Source: Trichinella spiralis
Lineage: Eukaryota
DNA length: 64,000 nt
Assembly (NCBI RefSeq): GCF_000181795.1
Contig: NW_003526944.1
Coordinates: 5,300,913-5,364,912 of the forward strand
Direction of reading: 5' to 3'
The notes under the pieces are model-generated. The model worked only from the letters and a program-made list of their open reading frames with translations, made no database searches and had not been told where the DNA came from. Of the stretch, positions 56,301 through 64,000 are shown piece after piece; position 1 is the stretch's first letter, and each line of letters opens with the position of its first letter. Made by a program: the position numbers and the translations under genes.

Positions 56301-56617
56301 GAGAACAACGAGCGTTTGCATTCTCTTTATCCAATTTGCTCGCCTTGCCCTTTCCGTTTGCATTGCTCAGCATATGATACTGATCCATTTGGAACAAATT
56401 CTTTTAGCGTACCACATAACAGTCCACTTTATAGATATGACGAATCCACTGTCCGTGGAATCTCATCTTCGTCACCATTTTAATAATGTCATAGATCGGT
56501 AAAAGGAACAACACATATTGAACGTGAACTATACTTTTATTTGAACAAAAGTAACACACGCTAGAAATTAAAGCACGCACGCACGCACGCTTACAGTATT
56601 CCCAGCGTCTTTCAACA
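53356..56617 (-). mobile_element. Decayed Ty3/Gypsy (Mag/K02A2.6-like) LTR retrotransposon with diverged LTR-like ends (~53356-53485 and ~56487-56617)
   Basis: Gag knuckles CSHC..CPYVNAVCRFCKRKG; RT WASLIVSVVK..IHLCGNYKGTVN..YSLPTINDVF..FTKLDLDRAY; LSFLGFKIDSKGIHP; RNase H APIAYGSRIL. Both ends share the blocks cttttatttgaacaaaa..gcacgc..tcccag.gtctt. Many stops. Confidence 0.9.
56462..56477 (-). promoter_or_regulatory. Putative tRNA primer-binding site (TGGTGACGAAGATGAG) just inside the 5' LTR
   Basis: Starts with TGG ~9 nt from the LTR edge and resembles the TGGCGACGAG primer site typical of Mag-like Gypsy elements. Confidence 0.65.
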
Positions 56618-56663
56618 TGATGATTGCACCGATATTGATGATTTTTTACTGTTTTTAAATTAG

Positions 56664-57337
56664 TTGGATTCTACGAAACGAGTTCAAATTGATTTTGATT
56701 CGATGAAATTTGAATTGGAAAAACTGTACGAAGATATGCAAGTGTTGCGCTTTCAAAGTGACGAAGCTTCAGAATTGAAAGAGATCGCCGAACGTCAAGT
56801 TGAAGAGGCGCTACGTTCGTTGCAGCAAGAACGTGAACAAAGGTTGGCTTTGAAAAAAGAAGTTGACCAGTTGAAAAATGCCGAATTGTTCAATTCGAAT
56901 ATGAGCAATTTGGCGCAAAGCGTTTTTGGTATGCAAATTCTCGTGGACGACAAAGTGTCCAGTCCGGCTATGTTCAAGCAGTTGCAAGCGTCAATGGAAG
57001 AAGACGGTGAAAGCGATCATTACCAACCGATGGATTTGTTCAGTGAAATGCATGGCGCGCAAGTGAAAAAACTCGAATTGGAACTCAGTTCAGCTAATCG
57101 ACAAAGAGAAGAAATGCAAAAACAGCTTGATGTATGCATGCGTCTGCTAAATTGTATTCTGTTTGAAGTTTGTTTTTTAGATTAATTAATTTTTTTTGTG
57201 TTTGTTTTTGTTTCAGGAAGCGAATCGATTGGTGGATCAAATCGTGGATGTCGTGAATAGCAGTGTAGCGGAGATGATGTGCCCCATTTGCGGCAATTCT
57301 CCGGGAAGTTTCAAAGCTTCATTCAAAGATGACAACA
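56664..57337 (+). pseudogene. BicD: Isolated internal fragment of a Bicaudal-D (dynein adaptor) gene. Exons 56664-57131 and 57217-57337, reading frame intact
   Basis: QIDFDSMKFELEKLYEDMQVL..ASELKEIAERQVEEALRSLQQEREQRLALKKEVDQ matches the BicD coiled coil (QVEFE..KHE..LKEIAE.Q.EEAL.TL..EREQK.ALKKEL), and MDLFSEMH matches BicD DLFSE. Canonical splice sites. No other BicD exons were recognised in the window. Confidence 0.8.
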
Positions 57338-57611
57338 GTAATTGACATTCACGAAAATGCCCTAAGTTAGTACGCAAATCCAAAAATGATTATTTTCTAT
57401 ATCTTTCACAGTACCAGTTAATTTTCAGCTTCAACAGAATACAGCATATTTTAAAGTTTCAGCATTTAAACCATTTTAATGCATGTGTCTGTGCTGTTTA
57501 AAGTGAATGTTGTTTAAATTTACAATCTTTAGGCAAAATATTCATTTCAATTCAGCTTTATCAGATATTTCATGTTGTTCTACCGGGACACTAAGCTTCT
57601 CTGAGTTAGCG

Positions 57612-58058
57612 ATGGCATTTCTGAATGTACCTGTAGTTACTTCTACCTTAGAGGTCCAAATTCTTATGCTGTTGATTGCTTTCGCTGCAATGATTGCATT
57701 TTTGGTTCTTTGCGGATGGTGTAGCAAACGAGAAAGAGATGGAAATGAACAAGCAGCTCCTCTAAGACAACCACAACCATTATATCCTTGCTATCCACCT
57801 GGGCAGGTGTATCAACAGCAAATGGGAGCACCGGGATTCATGCCTATGCCTGTTCCTAATTACACTGCAGGACCACCTCCGACAATTCCGACACAATTTC
57901 CAGCTGCTGCACCAGCACCACCGCCTGCATCTGTAGAATCTGAAGATGGAGTTGATCCTGAGCTAGAAGGCATGGCTAAAGGTCAGTCTGCTAGAGATAC
58001 AATGGCGGACGTCCCATCTATCAAAGACCATTTACCACCAAAGCGAAAACCATTCTGA
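57612..58058 (+). CDS. Orphan membrane protein, copy C
   Basis: Same ORF, intact, with ~3 aa differences from copy A. Confidence 0.72.
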   Translation: MAFLNVPVVTSTLEVQILMLLIAFAAMIAFLVLCGWCSKRERDGNEQAAPLRQPQPLYPCYPPGQVYQQQMGAPGFMPMPVPNYTAGPPPTIPTQFPAAAPAPPPASVESEDGVDPELEGMAKGQSARDTMADVPSIKDHLPPKRKPF

Positions 58059-59410
58059 ACGTTAGTCAGTTATTCTTTTTTCAGTGACGTTCACTTTTCT
58101 ACTCACGTAAATTTCATTTCATTCTTTCACTATCACATGTGTGCTTATTTTGATTTTGTTATGCAAGTTCAAAGTATCATTATTTTATAATGCATAAAAG
58201 TAAAATTAATTTTTATATGTGCAAGCGTTCTACTGCCATGTAATTTTTTATATGTTAATTGATGTTTTTTTATTTTCAAAAATTCTCTGATTTCATGTGA
58301 ATCCTAGTAGATTATAACCTCACAGTACAATGGAACTAAATTTCATTTTCTTTCTTTTTAAAGCCTACTTATGATCTGCATATGATTGCATAACACAAGC
58401 CGATTACGTATATTGAAATTCTTTTCTTCTATTTTTAAATAATTATGATCATAAAAGTACATTTTTGTTTTTGATGAAACATATTCATCAAACAACTGTA
58501 AATAAATGAAACTACAATGTCGAAATGTTTGAAAACAAAATTACTGTACGCGTTTCTGACTAATGTATTGTTTTAAATTTAAAAAAATTGTATTAGGAAA
58601 AATCTACACAAAAGGAAAATATTCTTTTCTCCATATTAGATCTTACTTTGACTACATTATGAGATTTTCAGTGGTGGATTGAATAAATATATCCTATTAA
58701 AATGTTATTTCATAGCTCAGTTTAACTCTTCTATTTTCCCTGATTTAAATACTAATGAATTATATTAATTTGCAACCATTGAATGTCACTTAATCTATTT
58801 TCCCTTACACTACTTTACACAGTTCATTGATTTCTAAATTTCTCCCATTGTTTCTTTTGATTCTTGCTTATTTTAACTTTTTTCTCTCTTATATTGTACA
58901 CTTTATTGCTTTTTCCCAATTTGTTTCTCAAAATATTTTTTTCTAATTCTTTTATTTTTACTTCAACTTTATAAAAACTCTGACACATCAAAAGCACTGC
59001 ATACAAATACGTAAACCCGTAATAAAGCGTAATGCACATGAAGAATCAAGAACAAAATTGGAGGAAGCCACGACCAGGTTAAGGATGCATAGGTTGTATC
59101 GAATCATTTGTTGGTCAAATGAGGTAAGTATATTCATGTTGCAGAAGATACGATTTAGCGATGTCGAGTGAGGAAGGTTCTTCATTACAAAGACACAATG
59201 AATACAATATATTACCATGCTCACAGACGTAACAAAAGCTCAGTGGTGTGTTATTTTATAACGATGATGTCTATGTAAGATTAGCTAATAGGGGGAATCA
59301 TGTTTGTCATTACTGGATTCCAGCCAGCAATATTATGTAGTTTGTAAGAACAAAAACATAGCAGTTAAAATAGTAAAATTAAAAGAAAATGCAAACTCTT
59401 TCTTTGCTAT

Positions 59411-59790
59411 TTGGGCAGGCAGAGCGCACGCTCCCCTTCAGTGGAGCGGGAAAAGCCTAGGCTTTCCGCGCTGAAGAGGCGGGTGAGACTTAGTCGTTTC
59501 ACCTGCCTCAGATGTGCGGGCAGTTTAGTGTTTAACCTCTCTCCCAGGAGAGGGAAGATTGTACGTTTTGCCTGCCATCCACAGGGGGGAGATTTTACAT
59601 GTTTCCTTGCCTTCGGGAATGAGGTGATGCGACCCGGGTGCAACGGGATCGGTCAACTGAAATTTCATCCTCTATTGTCATGCTGAGAGTCCCCTGACTT
59701 GCGGCCCTTCTAAAATCAGCTACTCGTTACGAGGGACCTTTAATCCGGTGCCCCAACGCATCTTCAGAGAGTGGCGTGCCCTGAGATCAA
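59411..59790 (+). ncRNA. Unassigned GC-rich, highly structured RNA candidate (family not recognised)
   Basis: Multi-branched fold built from complementary segments (see findings). G-U pairs favour the + strand. No convincing protein. Confidence 0.45.
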
Positions 59791-60789
59791 TGACTGAACG
59801 AAGAAACAAACGACCAAAGCGAAACAAATGCGAAACCCACGTTATATAAATTGCTTGCTAACAGCAATATTTGTGATCACTGAACAGCAACCACATGACA
59901 TGACAGTCATGTGCTTATCCATTTGACAGCGGATCACATACAACGAAAAGAATCACTGACAGTCTTGTACTGAGACAACATGGATTTACTTCGATGTTCG
60001 AATGGATGCGTAATATGCAAATCAGAGTTGCTTAAAGCCCGCTTTCTTTCCTGGCACTTGTCATTCTTTTAACGTATAAGTAGTCTAACCGTTTTATATT
60101 GCATAGATTTTTTAAAAATCAAAATCACTTAATATTTCTGCACCGATTACGATTGTTGATATTCAAAAATTGAATAAATTAAGAGAAAAACAATTGTTGC
60201 ACATTAATATTATTAATGATATGCATTGTAATCAGGGAAAGTAAAAGAGTTAAGGTGAGCTACGGAACTATGGAATAACATTTGAATAAAACGTATTTAT
60301 CCATTGTTACGTTACAAATCTCATAATATAGTCAAAATATGGCCAAATATGGAGACAACAATGTTTACCTTTTGTGCAGATTTTTCTTCGTATAACTTTT
60401 TTCTAAATTTAAAACAGTACATTAGTCTGAAACGCCTATATAAATTTTGTATTCAAACATTTTGGCATTGTAGTTTTAATATCAAACATTTTTTTATAAA
60501 AAAGTTTCATCAAAAATAAAGCTGTGCTTTTTATGATATTAATCGCTTCAAATATAAAGGGTATTTAAATAAAAGTATTATGAAATTGTAAAAAATGGGT
60601 GAAAAATGAAAAATTAAATGAAAATAATAATTCGTACTTTAATTATAAATATAAAAATTGCTTTATTGAAATCAGCACTGGCGACGTCCGTTACATCAGA
60701 AGCGGAGTGGATAAAGCAGAACAAAAAAATACTCATGCAACCACTTGAATTCTGGAAGTAGAGTTCAAATGCAGCCACCCTACGCATCA

Positions 60790-62210
60790 CAACTTTTCAA
60801 ACAGAATTCATATATTAAATAGCAAAAATCACATATTAATTATAAAATGGAATGTATCTATTTTGATGCTGCAGATAAACTTAAATATCCATAGAAAAAT
60901 TAATTTTTTCATAGATATTTCTTTTTTAATATATTGTATTCAAACAAATTTATTAAAAATCAATGATAAAAGCAAGAACAATAATATTTTGTTCTAATTA
61001 TAAATATGAAAATTATTTCATAAAATTCGGCAGTGGAGACGTCCGCTTGTTCGTATTCCACTGATGGTTGATATAGTGGTTTGTGCACTCTTACAAAGTG
61101 AACAAACTCGCTGCACCACAGAACAAAAAAGAAAGAGAACAGCGAAGTTTCTTATTGATTTACGTGGCAAGTAGTAGCCATATGAAGCATTCTCTGACTT
61201 TATTTACGGCCCTCAGTAACTAATAAAGTCCGTTTTAATTGCTGAAAACTATTCTCATTTTTCTAATTGTTACATTTTTTCAAAATGCTGTATTTTAATT
61301 TTGCAAATAATAATCTTTTAATTAAGAAGCAATTAAAGTGATTCACTTTAAGTGGGATGGTTCTAGATAAATTTTATTTGGTAATTTGAGTGCTAAGATA
61401 TTGGAATGGTGTTTCCATTATTTTTTCCGCAATTTCTCGAACGTTAAACACTAAAACACGGTACGGATATGTTTGCAATAGTTGTATGATCCTTTCTGAT
61501 AGATTCAAGTGATTTTTGTAAGGAAAAAATGTTCTCTGAAAATATTGAAATTTTGTGGGCTTTTCTGTTTTGTGAAAAGCTGCGAAAAGCCTTTTCAGCC
61601 GAAGCAAAGCCCATACAGAACATTATCCAAAACTGCTTTTTATTAATAAAGTTTGCACTTCTGTTCCAATGCTCATCATTTATATCAAAGGAAAAAAAAG
61701 ATAATGTTGTAACTTCTTGTTGACTTTTATATACACGCTTTATTCATTTGCTTGTTATATTTTCCAAAATTATTAAATCTGTTATGATTTACTTCATTCA
61801 ACACCTTTTAATGATATGAAATCAATGCCAAGATCCCAATCATCCAGTAACAATGTCTTTCGATCAAAATGCGATCACACCCCGTTTTTACAACTTTTCA
61901 AATAGAATTCATCCAAAAAATAGCAAAAGAAAATCATATACATAAATAATGAAATATTTTTATTTTCATGTTGGGAGTAAATTTAAATTTTCATTATCAA
62001 ATTAATTTTTTGATATGTGATTTCTTCTCTCATATGTTTCTAATAATTATCAACAGTAAATATCATGAGCAATAATATTTTGCTTTAATTATGAATATGA
62101 AAATTATTTCACTCCACTTGGCAGTGGAAACGTCCGCTTGTTCGTATTCCACTGGTGGTTGACTTGTTGGTTGGTGCGCTCTTACAAGGTGTACCGAACG
62201 TTGCCAAGAT
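60790..62210 (+). repeat. Diverged ~330-bp direct repeat (60790-61120 vs ~61889-62210; partial third copy ~60640-60695) ending in a conserved double hairpin
   Basis: Shared blocks acaacttttcaaa.agaattcat, aattat.aatatgaaaattatttca and ggcagtgga.acgtccgcttgttcgtattccactg.tggttga. Confidence 0.8.
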
Positions 62211-64000
62211 CACGTGTATGCATTGTCCCCAATGCATACTTTCTGAAATTTGTTAAGCAACTGAATATCTCCCGCTTGAAAATCGAGGGATATTTCCCGC
62301 CACAGATCAGGCAGATGGCTCACTAGTGTTTCATCACTTTGATCAATTTTTTTTTTATTTTGCATCAACAAAGAGATTATGTAAATTACATTTTTATGGT
62401 CTGGTAAATTTTCTTTGTCAAAAGGAGAAGCCAGAGTCTTTAGATTTTTGTGAAAAGCTTTTCGATATAAATTCCATTTATGTGGGACATTTTTGAATTT
62501 TCAAATCTGAAATTCAGACATTCGAGGGCGTGTTTTGTCTGGGTCATTTTGTTGTTGTGGCGTTCAGCGAGACAGCGCTTTTAAATTGTCCTCATTGGGT
62601 GAATTTAATAATGCTTCTCAATTCTTCTTTCAAAGCATTTGAAATTATTCTATTCCAATAATGCGATGCATACGCCGGATTATCCGTTCATTGCACGTGA
62701 ATTTTTATTGTTTATATTGCATCAGCATTCCATTGGAATTCATAGTCAAAAATAATTTCCAATGCTATTTTCTAGCGCTCCATTATGCAAATAAGGGTCG
62801 ATTGAAAATTGTCTTATCATCATTAATGGTGCGCAGGTATGTTCGATTTAGGTGGCAACTGGTAGCGTCGTAAAAAGTTCTCTGAATTTATTCACTGCGT
62901 TTAGTAACTAATGAACTCGGTATTTTTATTGTTGTAAATAATACATTTTTCTGAAAGCTACTTGAAACTCTCTATATATAATCTTTATGCTAACGTTCAT
63001 TAAGACAAGCAGAACAAGTGAAGATAAGAAGAATATGCGGTTCCGCCGTGGGTCCCCCATTCTGTAAGTCTGGGCTTGGGATACTTCAAAAGAGTGATGT
63101 TATCCCATAGTTTAATTTAGTTAACGACAAACCTGCATAACTGAGTTTTGAATTATTGCAGTACTTGGTCATTCACGCAGCAAAATTTATGTATCCAACT
63201 TTTCATTTTCGTTCATTTTCTAATTTTTGATTTCCTTTTTTCACATTTTACATTTAGTTTTGTTTTCAATACTTTCCAAAGTAGATTGTTTTCATTTTAA
63301 TTTTTCAAACCCATTCATTCAAACTTGACTTGTTCCAATCTATGTTGAGCAACACTGAGGGCTTGTCTGCTATATTAGGTCCCAAAAGGTGCATATAAAT
63401 GGGCAGCAATTTATTCAGCTAACACCTATTTTGCAACATCTCAAATGGAAAATGCAGAACAGCTAATATCATAAATTAATAATAAAAGGCAATCGTTTTA
63501 TTTTTATGAAACGTACGAATTTAAATTATATTAAAATTCATTTTTTGGCAAATATTTGTTTATCAAAAATAATCTTTACTTCATTTGATTGTTTTTCTTT
63601 TGTTTCAGTGTTTTAAGAAAACAGTCATTCATAAATTGAAAGAATTTATAGGAATCACAGTCTTAAATTGTTCAAAATGCTAGAATGGTCAACATCCATT
63701 CATTTGATTTATTTCTTTCGTTACATCATCCACATCATTACGTTGCTATTTTATGTTTGCATATGTGCATCATCAATTACAAACTGTGCAAAACTTTACC
63801 ACAGTAATTATTACATTATTCGTAAACAATAAATATCATTGAATTGCTGAAAAAAAGTCAAATTAGATTATGTATTATGCATATATTAAAAGTTCAGGCT
63901 TGTGGTGAGCTATAGCTGCAATGTAAACGAACTTCAACTTCTTTACCAGAATTTTCATGCAAATTTTTGATCGTCGACTGGACGTTAGTTTAATAATCAT

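Noticed and set aside
59471..59512. Hammerhead ribozyme (CUGAAGA followed by a stem)
   Set aside because: The stem is not followed by the required GAAA core.
59411..59686. 91-aa and 78-aa overlapping ORFs in the GC island
   Set aside because: No recognisable domain or splice signals; the open frames are explained by high GC content.
59684..59696. RNase MRP CR-I-like GAGAGUCCCC
   Set aside because: No downstream CR-V (GGGGCU) partner and no GARAR-loop P8.
63344..63357. Lone hAT-like TIR gttgagcaacactg (a similar motif is at 44951-44963)
   Set aside because: No matching partner TIR or TSD was found.
1..64000. CRISPR arrays, tRNA, rRNA or SL RNA genes
   Set aside because: Eukaryotic DNA; no regularly spaced repeats, cloverleaf, rRNA signature, or leader-plus-Sm-site arrangement recognised.

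Overview
AT-rich eukaryotic genomic DNA with short GT-AG introns. The gene content and intron style suggest a clade I nematode, most likely Trichinella; this is inference, not a database result. Positions 1-39 kb form a compact housekeeping block: the 3' end of a Shal/Kv4 channel, ELAPOR/KIAA1324, Porcupine, ESF1 (twice, across an assembly gap and probably an artefact), CysRS, ZNF593, V-ATPase C, a class II DYRK, ATP5S and RABGGTA, with two operon-like gene pairs. Positions 39-64 kb are a rearranged accessory region. It holds hAT, BEL/Pao and Ty3/Gypsy relics, three copies of an intronless orphan single-pass Pro-rich membrane protein gene, and an isolated, intact two-exon Bicaudal-D fragment that could splice in frame into the third copy. 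It also holds an unexplained ~380-nt GC-rich multi-helix structured-RNA candidate (59411-59790) and a repeated double-hairpin motif with pairing-preserving substitutions (61.0 and 62.1 kb). All calls were made by eye; exon boundaries are manual predictions.
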